The notes beneath the pieces are model-generated. The model saw only the letters and a list, made by a program, of their open reading frames with translations, ran no database searches and was not told the DNA's origin. The position numbers and the translations under genes were made by a program. DNA of 64,000 nucleotides. Origin: Eledone cirrhosa. Its lineage: Eukaryota. This document shows, piece after piece, positions 1 through 63,779 of this stretch. Position 1 is the stretch's first letter, and every line of letters begins with the position of its first letter. Location: NCBI GenBank assembly GCA_964016885.1, contig OZ024746.1:22196001-22260000 (forward strand), read 5' to 3'.

Positions 1-124
1 AAGAATTAAAATGGTTAGCTTTATTTCATAAAAGTAGAGCCAGGTTTTTGGCTGGGTTGGTATCAAAGAGGTTAAATATTTATATGAGTACATATGTATA
101 CTGTGTGTTATATATGATTGTATG

Positions 125-334
125 TACCGTATATAGTTGAATATAAGCTGAGGAATATGTGCCCCAAAAATTGATGGTAGAAGTGGGGGTTGGCTTATAT
201 TCAGGGTCAATATTTTGGCGATTTTAACCAACTTTGAATTCTACATAAAGTTTGGACTTTTTGCCCATTTATTAGACATAAAATATTGGTGTCAGCTTAT
301 ATTCGTATTGGCTTATATTCGAGTACATACAGTA
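125..334. mobile_element. MITE (Tc1/pogo-like) with ~25-bp TIRs
   Basis: taccgtatatagttgaatataagc ... ggcttatattcgagtacatacagta. Confidence 0.6.
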
Positions 335-525
335 TATTATTATTGTTCATCTACATATATTTTCATACACAGTCTTGTTATCAAAGCATTATAACAAATG
401 CCTTCCCAGGGCCTACTTCATGGTGATGAAGCTGGTTCAGTCCATCTGGTATATTTATACACCAATAAACACAACCTTTTCTCTGTAAGTTTTGTAATTT
501 ATTTGTTTTCTTCTTTGATTTCCAG

Positions 526-50182
<49,657 letters not shown>

Positions 50183-51821
50183 TATAGTCCAGATGTGATA
50201 AACATAAAACAAGTAATTTTTTTTTTTTTTTTTTTTTTACTAACGGAGCACTTCTCACTGGGTGCTGAGCTTGTATATTAAAACTGTTCTGTTGATTTTA
50301 GTTGTACTTTATAAAAATAAAGATGGAATCTGTTCTTTTTTTTGTGAACCATTATATGTCTTTGGTTGAAAATATGATGCTTCTTTGTACAAATATAATG
50401 TTGCCACAAAATTAGATTATTTTAAACTAATTTGAAGAAGTAGTAATATTTAGTGTTTAGAGAAGACTTTAAGATCTCATCTTGCTGGTTCAGCTATTCT
50501 CAAGCCCTTCCATAAAAAAAATAACTTGAAACCATTCTTCCCCTAAGTTGTCTTCCAATAGAGAAATTATTAACGTTCCATGCACCATAAACTTTAAACC
50601 AACTAATTAAAACTGTTTTGTTTTAACAAGCTTTTGTGCATTAAGAAAGAAACTGAAATGTTGACTCATTGGTTCAAAAGTTAATATTTAAAGGGTCACT
50701 AATACTTCATGTTTACTTTCTATTTATACTATATACATATAGTTTGAATGTCTCCAACTGTTGTTGTTGTTTAATACCAGGTCAGTCTTGATTGAGCAAA
50801 CCAAAAGCATACCAGCCATGGGCATCAAATCTTTTGTATCAGACATCATGTATCTAATACTAATATTAAGTACCCTTTTTTTTTTAAGTTATTCTGTGAG
50901 ATTTTATATTTGGTTACTATTTCTAGCGGTTTGTCTGATTGTGTAGCTGTCGTGTTACTGGTTTATGTACAGAATGAGAGAGGGAAGTGTGAATATACAT
51001 CATATGTAGTATTTGTAAATAACTTTGAAATACATAAAACTATTCTTTAATCAAGAACGTATGTTTATGCCCATCTTTTTCCATTTTATAAGCCCCATTA
51101 TTATTAGACTAGTCAAAGATACGGTGAAGTCTTCTAATTTAATTTTTGTTTTAATTGTTGACATTATTTTGATTTGAAGAATTTACAAATTTCTCTTCAT
51201 TTAATTTAATTTATTAGATTAATTTTACATTTTCAAATTTTTTGTAATTTTTTTTTTTTTAAATGAAAATTGGCATAAAATATTTCTTTTACATGTTCCA
51301 GCCAGCTAGCTGAGGCCATGCTGGAACACCTAAAATAATTTATTAATATTCTGGTTAAAGTCTTGTCTAAGCTAGTTCCGTTTGAATACTTAACACACAC
51401 ATATACACGTATCTATGATAGTTAGTATCATAGATACATGTGTGTTAGTTACTAAGGACAGCTAAGCATGGTTAAGAAGTCAACTTTGCAATCATTAGGT
51501 CTCAGGTTCAATTCCACTGTGTGGTATCATGGCCAAGTGTCATTTGCCACTAGTCTTGGGTTTATCCATGACTTGTAGACAAACTGTTTGGAAGCCCATC
51601 AAATGGACTGGACCTGTAATTCAAAGAATAACTGATGCTGTCTAAGGATTGTATCAATATAATAATGAAATAATTGTGTACAGTGCTCAGGTACACTACA
51701 ACACATCAAGGAAACATGTGTCTGTGGAATACTCAGCCACTTAAACAAGGCACTTTATTTGAATAATTGAAATATTTGTTGAAACCAACAGATCCATTGT
51801 ATGTATGTATGTATGTGTTTG

Positions 51822-51852
<31 letters not shown>

Positions 51853-51855
51853 TTG

Positions 51856-51886
<31 letters not shown>

Positions 51887-52898
51887 TTGTATATATATGT
51901 GTGTTTGTATATATATGTGTGTGTGTGTTTGTATATATATATATGTGTGTGTTTGTATATATATATATTCGTGCATGTGAGTGTATATATATATGTGTGT
52001 ATCTGTATATATACATTTGTATGTGTATATATGTGTGTATCTGTATATATGTGTATATATATGTGTGTGTGTATGTGTTTTAGCAAATGAAAACCTCCCA
52101 TCACAAAAATAAAGATATCTTCTTCTTACACGTCATTTTTTATGCCACTATAATTCAGTTGTTGGAGTCTGTTTAAGGAATTAAGCTCCTCAAATTAATT
52201 GTATCTAAATTAATGATTGTTTGTTTATTTGTTTTTTTTTATTATTGTTTTTAAGAGTAACCGAGAAATCGCCTCTTTATTATTAAACACCTCCACCATC
52301 TCTCAACCCTTGCATTTGTTATTTCTCCTTTTCATAAGTAGTTACTTGTAAAGTGTCATTATGGCATCTTCTATACTCTGACACTTGCCTCTTACTAACT
52401 CAATCTAGTTTGTAAATAAGTACTACTTCATGTATGTAAGAATAACAGCTCTAGGTGTAATATACACACTATGAATGGTGGCTTAATGGCAGAGTTGTTA
52501 GAGTAGCAAATAAAATATTTAATGGTATTTGTTATTTTGGTTCTTTCCACTCTGAATTCAAATCCAACCAAGGTCAAGTTTGTTTCATCATTTCTCGGTA
52601 GTTAACATGATGTCCCAGTCCATGGCAATGGATCGGCAGAATTGTTAAAGCATTTGACAAGACATCTTAAGGTATTTGTTCTGACAGTTTGTTTTCAGTT
52701 CAAATTCTTCCGAGGGATGTATATCCCACCAATGGCCAGGAGGGCAGGGGGCAGATGTGGCTGTTAACTACAACAATCATACTAAAATGAGGATGATCCT
52801 TTTTCAAGCAATGTTTTATGGGAAGATGCCCTTTCTAACATCATTCATTTTAGTTGCCTTTTATGATATACAGGGGTACAGAATACTTATTTTAAACT

Positions 52899-53750
52899 GG
52901 GTACATTCTATCTATTCTAAGCTAAATACATTGTACTTATTCTAAACCAGATACAGTGTACCTATTCTAAGCTTGATACAATGTACCTATTCTAAACCAG
53001 ATACAGTGTACCTATTCTAAGCTTGATACAATGTACCTATTCTAAACCAGATACAGTGTACCTATTCTAAGCTTGATACAATGTACCTAATCTAAACCAG
53101 ATACAGTGTACCTATTCTAAGCTTGATACAATGTACCTATTCTAAACCAGATACAGTGTACCTATTCTAAGCTTGATACAATGTACCTATTCTAAACCAG
53201 ATACAGTGTACCTATTCTAAGCTTGATACAATGTACCTATTCTAAACCAGATACAGTGTACCTATTCTAAGCTTGATACAGTGTACCTATTCTAAGCTTG
53301 ATACAGTGTATCTATTCTAAACCAGATACAATGTACCTATTCTAAGCTTGATACAGTGTACCTATTCTAAACCAGATACAGTGTACCTATTCTAAGCTTG
53401 ATACAGTGTATCTATTCTAAACCAGATACAATGTACCTATTCTAAGCTTGATACAGTGTATCTATTCTAAACCAGATACAATGTACCTATTCTAAGCTTG
53501 ATACAGTGTACCTATTCTAAGCTTGATACAGTGTACCTATTCTAAGCTTGATACAGTGTACCTATTCTAAGCTTGATACAGTGTACCTATTCTAAACCAG
53601 ATACAGTGTACCTATTCTAAGCTTGATACAGTGTATCTATTCTCAGTCAGATGTAGTGTACCTATTCTAAGCTTGATACAGTGTATCTATTCTCAGTCAG
53701 ATGTAGTGTACCTATTCTAAATTAAATACATTGTACCTATTCTAAACTGA
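52899..53750. repeat. 25-bp minisatellite with two alternating variants (tgtacctattctaaACCAgatacaG / ..GCTTgatacaA)
   Basis: about 34 units; strict 50-bp periodicity over ~52930-53270. Confidence 0.95.
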
Positions 53751-54000
53751 AGCAGGAATTGCCATTGTGAGTCCCCTCACATGCTTCATACTTGTCCCGG
53801 TGTCATTTTAAAGGTAATATTTTACAGACTGATGCCTTAACTGGCACCAACCATTTTAGTAGCCTCTTAACCAGATATACTCTGAACTTACTAAATGATA
53901 TTATAAGCAGAAGGGATATTCAATTTGTTGGTAATTCAACAAATATAAATGTTTATAACTGATTCAAAGCACTCGACAGATTTTCTGGAGTATAATATTC

Positions 54001-54239
54001 AATGATATTAAATAAATGGAAACCATATTTATTCTATTATATATATTTCAAGGGTACCAAAACTTTTGTACGCTCTCATCTGAACTGTTAAGGTATTTTC
54101 CTTGGTTATGTCAACATTTATAAAACACACTTCGTATTTTATCTGATGATAGTGTACCAAAGTTTTGGTACCCTTGAAATATATATAATAGAATAAATAT
54201 GGTTTTATAAATATAGTTTCCATTAATTTAATATCATTA
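54001..54239. mobile_element. fold-back element with a degenerate hammerhead in each arm
   Basis: arms ~54021-54083 / 54141-54204; + arm CTGATGA-t-agtgtacc-aaagtttt-ggtaccct-t-GAAA-tatat...atatg. Confidence 0.5.
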
Positions 54240-54974
54240 AATGATATTATATATTTTACTAATATTTTAGAATGTCTGTATGCTATCTTAACCTTCTTCA
54301 CTTAAAAAAAAAACTAACATGGTCCAATTTGTTTTGTTTTTCTGTATATTTTCAGCGAGATTGCTGATGTTGTTGTTTAGTCCAAGGTTAGCCCTGGTTG
54401 AGCAGACTTATGATCAAAATCATTCCAGCTGTGACCATCCTGTTTTTCTTATTGTTTTGTTGTTTTTTCTGTATATATGTAGGACTACATTTTCCAATGT
54501 GTCCTTCCTTATTTTAAGAGAGTGGAGTGTGAGTACCAGTCAAGTACTGGGGTAGATTCTTCCTCTATATCTCTTTCTCACTTCCATTCTCTCACTCTCT
54601 ATCCTTCTCTATCCTTCTCTGGAAGAAATCTGTTGTACTCAGACCTAGAGAGATGGGATTTGCCAGGTTTAAAAATGCCCTAGAAATGTATGACAATGCA
54701 GTACCCTTACAACTCCTTCAGGAGTTGAGGGTTAAAAAGAAAAGGGTGTGAATTGAGGGAGATTTATTTACTATTTTCTGCAGGTCATGCGACCATGTAG
54801 AGACAAATCCTCATACTAACTGAAGAAATTTAGCTAACCTAATGTCAATATTGATTTTTCAATGTTAAGACATTTATTTCAAAGGTTTTGGTCAATCATA
54901 TCAAACCCAGTATTTATTTCATCAGTCTTATTAGATACAAAATATTAAGGGGACATTGGTGTAATACCCCTTCC

Positions 54975-55028
<54 letters not shown>

Positions 55029-55097
55029 GTACATTTATTATATATGCATATATATATGTGTTTGAATGTGTGTTTATGTATACACAAATGCTTATAC

Positions 55098-55140
<43 letters not shown>

Positions 55141-55611
55141 AGATTGATGATGATGAAAGCATTTTAGTATGGTTCACCAGAGTATCCTTTATTGGATATT
55201 ATCTTGCTGTTCCTGTCAATCTAAACCATGATTTTCTTATTTAGTCTTTTCGAACATTTTCTGATATGTTTAGATTGCAGGAAGATACTCTGATGCACGC
55301 TTCATCTGGATTGTTCAGTTTCTAGAAACCAGCAATAATAAACTTCACTATTTCTACTTCATGAATGAATGGTAATACTGATGTTCAGATTCTTTGGAAG
55401 CTTTGTTCCAGTTCTAAGATCTTTATATATTATATTATATATATACACACACACATATATAGAAAATATCGTAGGTGTGGAAAAGGAGAAAGGAAAACAG
55501 TGCTCAGAACAACATGCATGGAACAAAATTGCTACCTTAGTGTACAAGGCCCAATATTGACCCCATATCTCCAGATTGTACGAAGGATGAAAATTGTGAT
55601 CTAATCTTCGT

Positions 55612-55656
<45 letters not shown>

Positions 55657-57824
55657 ATTATTTTACCTGTTACAGCCAGCTGGCTGAGGCTATGCTGTGG
55701 CACTGCCAGTGACACTGCACTTTCTATAGTCAGCCTTCCTTGGTCGGCCATTGATGTTGCCGTCCTTATCTGTGTTTCACCTTGTGCTGTGGGTTCAACT
55801 GAGATTGTAGTTAGCAGAATACTGAGATGTTTCTATATAAATGTGGGTGGTGTTAGGAAGGGCATCCATCTGTAGAAAACCTGCCAGATACAGTTCTATA
55901 CGAGCGAGACACGGTTACCCAACCAATCTTGCCTCACGTGGGACAATCCCATCTAACCCATGCTAGCGTGGAAGATGGACGTTAAACAATGATGATGATG
56001 ATACACATACACATTCATGATTTTATTATACACTGTGCTGTTTGTTCAGGTCAAAGACTTTCCTCTACATATTTTGTCTCAGTCATAAGGCCTTTTTGTA
56101 TATGCATTCATAATTCAGTTGTTCACTAATTTGATGCCCAAGTCACAAGACCTTTCTAATTGCCTTTTCCATGTTTTGTAGCTAAGTTGTTGTTGATGTT
56201 CTGTCCCCTATGCATCTTTACCAGTAGCTAGTTTATTCATAGCTACTGATACACTGCAGACAGTTAACGATCCTGCTTTAAGTGAATAAAATCGCAATGA
56301 TCTATTCCAGTGGTGGCTGATGAGGGATGTTGATGCTTTTGCCTGAGTTTTTTTTTCTTCTACATAATGCCATGCAGGACCTATTTGTTATATCTGCAGT
56401 GACACAGTTAACATATCTTTAAATTTTTGCTGAAATAATAAACCATCTTGTTTAAGATAGTATGGTAGGATTTAAGGGTCATTTGGCTGCTATTTCTACA
56501 GGTCAAGCCACCATATAAAAGCACCAGTATTTAATCCCTTTCTGATTACCAGGATTGTCTTAGTTTTTCAACCCTGTGAGGTGTTGATAAATATATTATA
56601 TATATACCAGAATCAATTAAATTACTTACCTTTGCTTAATTATGAAATAGTTGTTCATTAGATCAGAGGTGATTAGTACTGTAGAGTGAGAGATAAAGCT
56701 CCTAGCAAGCCAAGTTTTGATTTGGCTTCAATTTACGGTTAAAACACACAATTCCTTGTATGCATCTTTCTCAATTCTTATTCTACAAAACTGTTCCTTT
56801 TAAAAACCTCATTATCTCCCTTACATCCTGTCCTCTCTAGCAATCACTAAACTGTTCAAGTTAAACTGAACTTAAACTACATTTAATTTGTAGTTATACA
56901 AATCCTTCAATATAAAGAAACATGGAAAAGTTGTGACCCAATCCCACTTCCTCTCAATGTCTTTTTTTCCCACAACCCCAGAATATAGAAAAAAATTTCC
57001 TTTTTCTTTTTTTGTCTTTTTAATATCTGGGAGTTATGAATCTAGAAATTGTTCCCCTTTAGATAAATTGCAGTAAAGAAATTACTCTTAGTAATAATAT
57101 TTTGTCCCTACAAACCAACAAGTGAGGTTTTTACTTGGTTGCTTGAGCTGCTAGAAATAGCAGCCAAATCTATCTCGAATAACACCTCAACTGTCTAATA
57201 AAAAAGAAAGACACATGCAGATAATGTTATCTTAGATATGCTACGTTTGAAAAAAAAAAATAGATGTGTTGGTCATGGCTGGAATGTCCTTTGTTTGCTG
57301 AATCATGACTGATGTGAGCACCAAACAACAACAGCATATATTCACCAGTAACCAACTTTAGTTTTCAACCTCAGATTTTGTGTACTTTATATGTACTCGC
57401 TATATATTTTCCTGTGTTTTCTCTCCACAATCAATCTCTTAGACGCCCCTCCCCACAATCACTGCCATCCATTTATAATTTTTAAACAAATAACTAAAAG
57501 ACTGAGTCTAAATAAACAGTTTTTGTTTCTATGTCAGGCAACTCTTGTTTAAATGATATATATAGTTTACATGATGGCCTGATAATATTAAGTTAAATTT
57601 CAACTTTTTATTCTTCCTGGGTTGATAAAAATCAAGTTTCAGTGAAGTACTTGGCTTGATTTAACAACCTATGTTTCCTCTTCAAAATGTATGGCCTTGT
57701 ACCAATCAATGTTAAAGCTAAGTAGCACTCTCTTTAAATCTTTCTTCTGGTGTTAGTCATTTGACTGTGACCCTGTTGGAACTCTACCTTTAAGTAGTGT
57801 AATATGTTTTTGTCTAAAGATTTA

Positions 57825-58040
57825 ACTTAAACTTAAAAACTCCCATATCTTGAAATGCATGAGGCAGCCAAAGTACTCCAATGACCACAGTCAGTTGTAT
57901 ATATCACTAAATCATCCAAACTTTTGTGGACGAGTTTCAGGTCCCTGTTGATTGTCTGCTACCAGTTAATCCTGGGACGTCCCCTTCACCTCTTTCCAAT
58001 ATTGGGGATATCAATACAGAACCTGTTTAGCATGTCTCTA
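57825..58040 (-). mobile_element. RTE-like LINE 3' end
   Basis: minus strand ..GKR*RGRPRINW*QTINRDLKLVHKSLDDLV...DCGHWSTLAASC.. followed by a short taagtt-type tail. Confidence 0.65.
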
Positions 58041-59142
58041 ACTTACTTGGGAGTTATAACACAATGAACCAATGGTTAAAATATTAAGCCAATGACATTA
58101 GCATTGCAACAAAAGCAATTTAATAAGGTTTTTAACTTTGTTAATCAAAATGAACCTATGACAGGTATCATATATATATATATATATTTTTTTTTTTTTT
58201 ATTGTTTGTTTTCAATCAAAACATACATTTTTTTTAAACATGACAATTTGTAGGCTACAAACCTAAAATTATTCATGAGATTTACTTTCGCTTCATTTAT
58301 AAAATAAAACAGATATTTCAACAGACAGAAAAAAATTAATATCCAATATGTAATTTATTTTTCAAGTTTTGTCTCGAATTAAATATTAAAATATGTGTTT
58401 GCGTGTACATGCCTCTGGCCATGTTTGATGTTATACGGCATGACAAAAAATATGGTGTATGTGGATGGAAACAAGTCTGTGTTGAGCTTGCTTTATTTTT
58501 TTTCTTTATAAAGTGCGATGATCTACATTCTTAAATGGAACATTTCAGAACATTTATTAAAGTAACAAAATATAAATTTGAGTTTGAATGACATTTCCAC
58601 AACAATAAGTCCTTTCAATGAATTTTGATGAAATATATGTTATTTTATATATATCTGTATCATTAAAATATCATATATATATCATCATTGTATAAACTAT
58701 GGTGAGATATATAGATAAAAATCTATAAAAAAACCTCTTTGGGTTTTTATTTTTATAACTTTGTTTTTAACCATTTTATTACCATATGTGAAGGCACATG
58801 ACTTAGTGGTTAGGAAGTTGGATCTCTCAATTGTGAGTTTGTAAGTTTGATTCTTGGGTGGGTAGGCAATGTATTATGTCCTTCAGCAAGATGCTTTATT
58901 TCACGTTGCTTCGATTGGTAGATAGTATCAGCAATTGGAAAGACCAATAGAAAGACCAAAATATTGTTTCCTTGGTCCGATCTGATGTTCCATTTCACTC
59001 GGTAAGCAAATGAAGTCTGAGATCTTGTTGATTCAAATCAAATTATTCTATTGCTATTTCACCTGCACACATACAGGATCATTCTGATGATCTTGATAGT
59101 GTGCAGCTACCAAGTAGAAAATAGATACCAATCCCATGACTA

Positions 59143-59255
59143 TTGGAGTGGAGTTAGCTGCCCACAGTTAGAGTGGCTGTTCCAGTGTGTCTCCCTTGCC
59201 ATCCTCTGGGGCAATGTATTCTCCATCCTGTTGGCCAAGGCCGACAGGTGGAGGA
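59143..59255 (+). mobile_element. 3' fragment of an RLE-type (CRE-like) non-LTR retrotransposon; related copies ~5600-5700 (+), ~20535-20610 (+), ~42730-42815 (-)
   Basis: EWLFQCVSLAILWGNVFSILL resembles the recalled C-terminal 'LxQRLSxAIQRGNAxSIL' motif of RLE-encoding elements. Confidence 0.5.
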
Positions 59256-61639
59256 TACTGATATGAAATACTGTTTTTTAATTAATGATGAATTTGGAGA
59301 AATTATTTGACAGGTTAGTATCAGAGAGGTTAAACCCATTAGATCTTGATGTTTTAAAAGACCCTCACTTAATGTTAGTTAAAGACTGTTTTAAACAAAA
59401 AGCTCATCAGGCCAGTGCTTATCCCTGGTTTCCTTGATGCTAAGTGACTAAAACATGACTCTCCCTGGCCAGAATGCCAGTCTGTCACAGGATTAACTCC
59501 TTGGTCTTTGCTGGTATCCACTTTCACCTGGAGCAATATGAAATAGTGTTTTGCTCAAGAACACAACACAGCAGCCTGTCCAGGAATTGAACTGACATTA
59601 CCTACACCAATCAACCTAACCATTAGGCCATGTAACTTCACACTCAGCGTAATCCAAGAGTGTACATAATCTTCTAATGTACACTCTTGCATTATGCTCT
59701 TTGTTCAAGCTGGGAAGTTATTTAGCAGCCATATATCTTTGAGTATAATATGACCTGTATTTCTGAAGCTAAAGAAAACAAAACGGGAATAAATCCTTGT
59801 GTATTTTACCACCCAGAGTACAGCCATGTCTATATAAATATTTATGTAAACTTGTACCTACCTATACCTGCTAAATGAAGGAGTCAAGGTTACTTGACCT
59901 ACAAGAAATAGCAGTTAATTCTCCTTTGAAACAATAGTTTTTAAAAATATGTTAATATATGCCAGGATACATCATGACTAAAGAAAAGGGAGATGAAACT
60001 GGAATGTTATTGAGTTTAGGTCTGACCTATAGTAAAAGAATTTCTTAAAGGGGTGAGCAACTACATAGAGACTCCTGTCAAAGGATATATTGAACTATTG
60101 TAGGTCAAGATATAGAAAAAGACAGATGGTCATGGCTAGAATGCCTTTGATCATAGGTCTGCTTGATCAAGCTTAGCATAAAGCTAAACAATAAAATGAT
60201 GTGGTTTTAGAAGAGATTTGGTTGCTATTTCTTGCATATAGTGTGACCACTGAGACACAGCTTCAGAAAGACACATAAAATTATTATAGACCAAAAGCTA
60301 TGTTGGTCATGGATGGATACCTTTTATCATAAGTCTGTTTGCTCAAGGGTAAATAATCAACCACAACGCCTGCTACTACCATCCTATTTGTGTATGTAGG
60401 TGTGATCCTAATTACCATATATACTTGTGTATATAACCATCCTATTTGTGTATGTAGGAGTGATCCTAATTATTGTATATACTTGTATTTAAGCTGGGGG
60501 TTATATGACCAAAAAATTGATTGTAAAATGGGATCAGCTTATATTCGAGTATATTAAGTAAATAATGTTGAAAAAATTTAGTGTTTTGTTTTTGATTTCA
60601 TTTATATTTTCTTTTACCAATTAGTCAAGATAAAGAGCAGTGCCTATGAACCTTTTCAGGGCCTCCAACACTGGTGGAAAGCAAGGAGGAAGGTATACTT
60701 ATTTCTAATGAAAGACACTGACAATGATTATCAAATAATTTTCAAAATAATCAAGAATTTGGAGGGATTAAGTAATATAACAAACTTTCTCATTATGACA
60801 CTATTGTTTGAACATATAACACAGGTTTTTAGAGTAATCATCATCATTGTCATCATTTAACGCAGCTTTCCCATGTCTACATAGACCAAGTCAGTTCAAG
60901 CAGGTTAATTTCATGAGCAATCTGTTCAGTCATTGAAACAACTCAAACATTCGACACCAATGGAGATCCATTCCATTCCACGATCTTTAACAAAACAGAT
61001 GGGAATAAAAAATTACTTGGAATGCTGTGGTTTAGCTCTCCTTGGTCCCGTAACTCCTGAGGGAGTCGTAGTGGTGATATATTGACATAGGGCGTTTCCA
61101 GGGCATCTTAAGACCTGGTGGAGCCTATCTTTTCTCCAGGTCTGAATACAGCAAAATTCTTATAGAGAAGGATAGAGAGTGATGTGAGAGAGATGTAGAA
61201 GAAGAATCGGCCCCAGTACTGAACTGGTACTTTTTTTATCGACCTTGAATGGATGAAAGGCAAAGTTGACCTTTAATGAGATTTGAACTCAAAGAGCAGA
61301 AAGCCAAAATGACATTTTAACGATGTTGTCAATTCACCATTATCTATCATTTCACTTAAATTACCCTCTACTGTCTTAAAACGATGTAGATGTAGTTCTA
61401 TATACTCTATCGCTTGCAATAAACAAACAAAAACAGGTCACTGTGTTGGAATTTCTTTGACTAAAGGGTTGACCTTGGGCTAAACAGCAGCACCTCAAAT
61501 TTACTGCATAAAAGCTAATGTGTGTATGTGAGAAAACGAAAGGTGGGGAAAGAATTTACGACAAAGAAAAGTGTTTCCGGGGAGATAACGAATATAACAC
61601 TGAAGCAATCATTTAGGCCAGGCAGTTAGCATGAGGATA

Positions 61640-62010
61640 ACTTCCTCCCACAAGTCAAAAACAGCACCATAAACCATCCCTTCATTCTTACAAACCACAG
61701 AAGCCCTGAAAAGCCCTCCCACAAGTCACAGAGACCTTAAAAGTGTCAAGGGCACTGGCCTTCACTTCCCAAAGCATAGAGGTCCTGTAAAGGTTATAAG
61801 CACTGCACCATCCTCTTATAAGTCATAAAGGCCTCGAAAGGGTCGTGGTCACTGTTCCTTCCTCTTACAAGCCACAGAAAAGGCCCAAGAGCACAGCCTC
61901 TCTCACTCCTACAAGCCACAGAGGCTCTGAATAGTTTCATGAGCACTGTCCTTTACTCCCACAAGCCACGAAGGTCCTGAAAAGGGTCATGACAGATGCC
62001 TATCCTTCCT
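61640..62010. repeat. diverged ~60-bp tandem repeat (cccacaagccacagaggccctgaaag...)
   Basis: recurring acaag(c/t)cac-agagg..ctgaaa..cactg units. Confidence 0.6.
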
Positions 62011-62209
62011 CAGACTCAACATACCTTAAAAAAAATTTTCCTTTCAATCAAAATATAAATCTATTCAATTTTCAAATATATTCTGATTTATTTAAATGAC
62101 AAGTGGATAAAACTGCACAGCTATATCACCTAGACTGAACTGTAGAGTCTGCCATTTCCTCTTTCTTTTTCTATTTTTTATATGCAAACATTATATAATT
62201 CAACAGAAA

Positions 62210-62215
62210 TTTATT
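62210..62215 (-). promoter_or_regulatory. candidate polyadenylation signal AATAAA of the NUDT8-like gene
   Basis: tttatt on +, ~120 nt past the stop codon; weak specificity in AT-rich DNA. Confidence 0.4.
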
Positions 62216-62335
62216 AAATATCATAAATAAGTCTAACTACAAATGGCACAGTATTCAAATTAAAATGATAACTATTAAAGTTACCTCCCCTGAAAAATTC
62301 ACAGCCAAGAAATTTCTCAAACCAAATTTGGGTAA

Positions 62336-62563
62336 TTACTTTATCTTTACGATATATCTTTGGTGTTTAATTTTAAAACGATGCAAATCTGGCGCTAGTA
62401 ATGATAGAAAATGGAAAATAACAGCAGCTGTTAATCCCCAAATTCGATGAGAATTACTTAAATATACTGGCACTGTATAACCTTTGCCAATTTGCATCTG
62501 AGTTGTCCGTTGTTTTTTTGGGTCACAGAGCTCTTTGATTGTCAGAGAGAAGATCTTCTCTAC
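62336..62563 (-). CDS. NUDT8: last exon of a NUDT8-like Nudix hydrolase (CoA diphosphatase): VEKIFSLTIKELCDP...GYTVPVYLSNSHRIWGLTAAVIFHFLSLLAP...
   Basis: ctcacag acceptor on -, stop TAA at 62338-62336; IWGLTA motif of NUDT7/8 CoA pyrophosphatases, and YTvPV and LLAP recalled as NUDT8-like; upstream exons lie beyond the window. Confidence 0.85.
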   Translation of the reverse strand, partial: VEKIFSLTIKELCDPKKQRTTQMQIGKGYTVPVYLSNSHRIWGLTAAVIFHFLSLLAPDLHRFKIKHQRYIVKIK

Positions 62564-62715
62564 CTGTGAGAAAATAGAAAAGGAAAACATTTACACCTTA
62601 ATAAAAAAACACCTTCATTTATTTTGTATAGTAAGGTGGTTGGTGATAGGAAGGGCATCCAGTGGCCTTGTTAGCAGGGAAAACATGTTAAATTATTATT
62701 ATTATTATTATTATA

Positions 62716-62998
62716 GGGCGATGGATTGGCAGTATCGATTAGAGGGTCGGACGCCATGCTTTGCAGCATAGAGTTACCGCCTTTTATGATCTAAATTCAA
62801 ATCTCGCTGAGGTTAACTTTGCCTTTCCTCCTTACAGGGTCGATAAAATAAAATACCAGTCACGCACTGGGATCGATTTAATTGACTTTCCCCTCCCCCA
62901 AAATTGCTGGCGTTGTGCTTATATAAGAAACCATTATTATTACTATTATAGGGCAGTAGTTTGGCAGTATCGGTAGAGCATCAGACACTATGCTTTGC
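62716..62998 (+). mobile_element. SINE copy plus a partial second head (NUDT8-like intron)
   Basis: same A/B box head, flanked by (att)n. Confidence 0.75.
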
Positions 62999-63260
62999 AT
63001 TTTATCGTGGCACCAGCACTCGAGAGGTTGTCACGTCTTTGACACAACTAAAGGGTCCTCACAACCCTTTGTTTGGCAAGCTTTCTACAGCTGGATACTC
63101 TTCCTATCATCAACCAATTTACAGCATGTAGAAAAAATTTACAAAAAACAACTTACTTCTTTGGGATTTATCTGTAAAGAATTCATGTCAATATTTCCAC
63201 AAAAGCCAATAACTGGGGTTATTTCGCTAGTTGCAGCCTATTAAAATATAAATAAATATA

Positions 63261-63460
63261 TATCAGGTTGTAACGAAAGTATTGTCTGTTATTAAGGCTC
63301 AATAAACACAATATCAGACTTATTTAATTGTTAATGTAGTCACCATTTTCCTCTATGACCTCTCTCCATCTGTCAATAGGCTTTTTAATGGTGCATGCAT
63401 AAAATTCTCTAGATTTTGAACTAAAAAAAGAAACTAACTCATTTTTCAAATTCTTCTCTT
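63261..63460 (-). mobile_element. mariner 3' end (C-terminus + TIR-like end)
   Basis: minus strand KNELVSFFSSKSREFYACTIKKPIDRWREVIEENGG resembles mariner FY..GI.KL..RW.KVI..NG.Y. Confidence 0.7.
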
Positions 63461-63779
63461 GGATGATGATGGTGATGATGACAGTGATAATAATGATGAT
63501 GATGATGGTGGTGGTGGTGGTATTTATGATAATGGTGATGATGATGACAAGAATGACGATGATGACAAACTAAGAGTCACTTACAGAGATTACCTTTTAA
63601 GGAAGTGAAAATTAGAAATAAAAGGAAATGGTTGATAAAAGTGTATTATACAAATAGGAGAAAAGATAGGTAAATATAGGTGGCTTCACTATAGGGTAAA
63701 TTTCGCAAATGTGAAAAATATATTTAAGAAAATTAACTAGAAAACATTAGCTTCTATAAATACCCAAACTATCCTATCT

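Noticed and set aside
52899-53750. CRISPR-like regular repeat
   Set aside because: Eukaryotic context, contiguous units, no unique spacers and no cas genes
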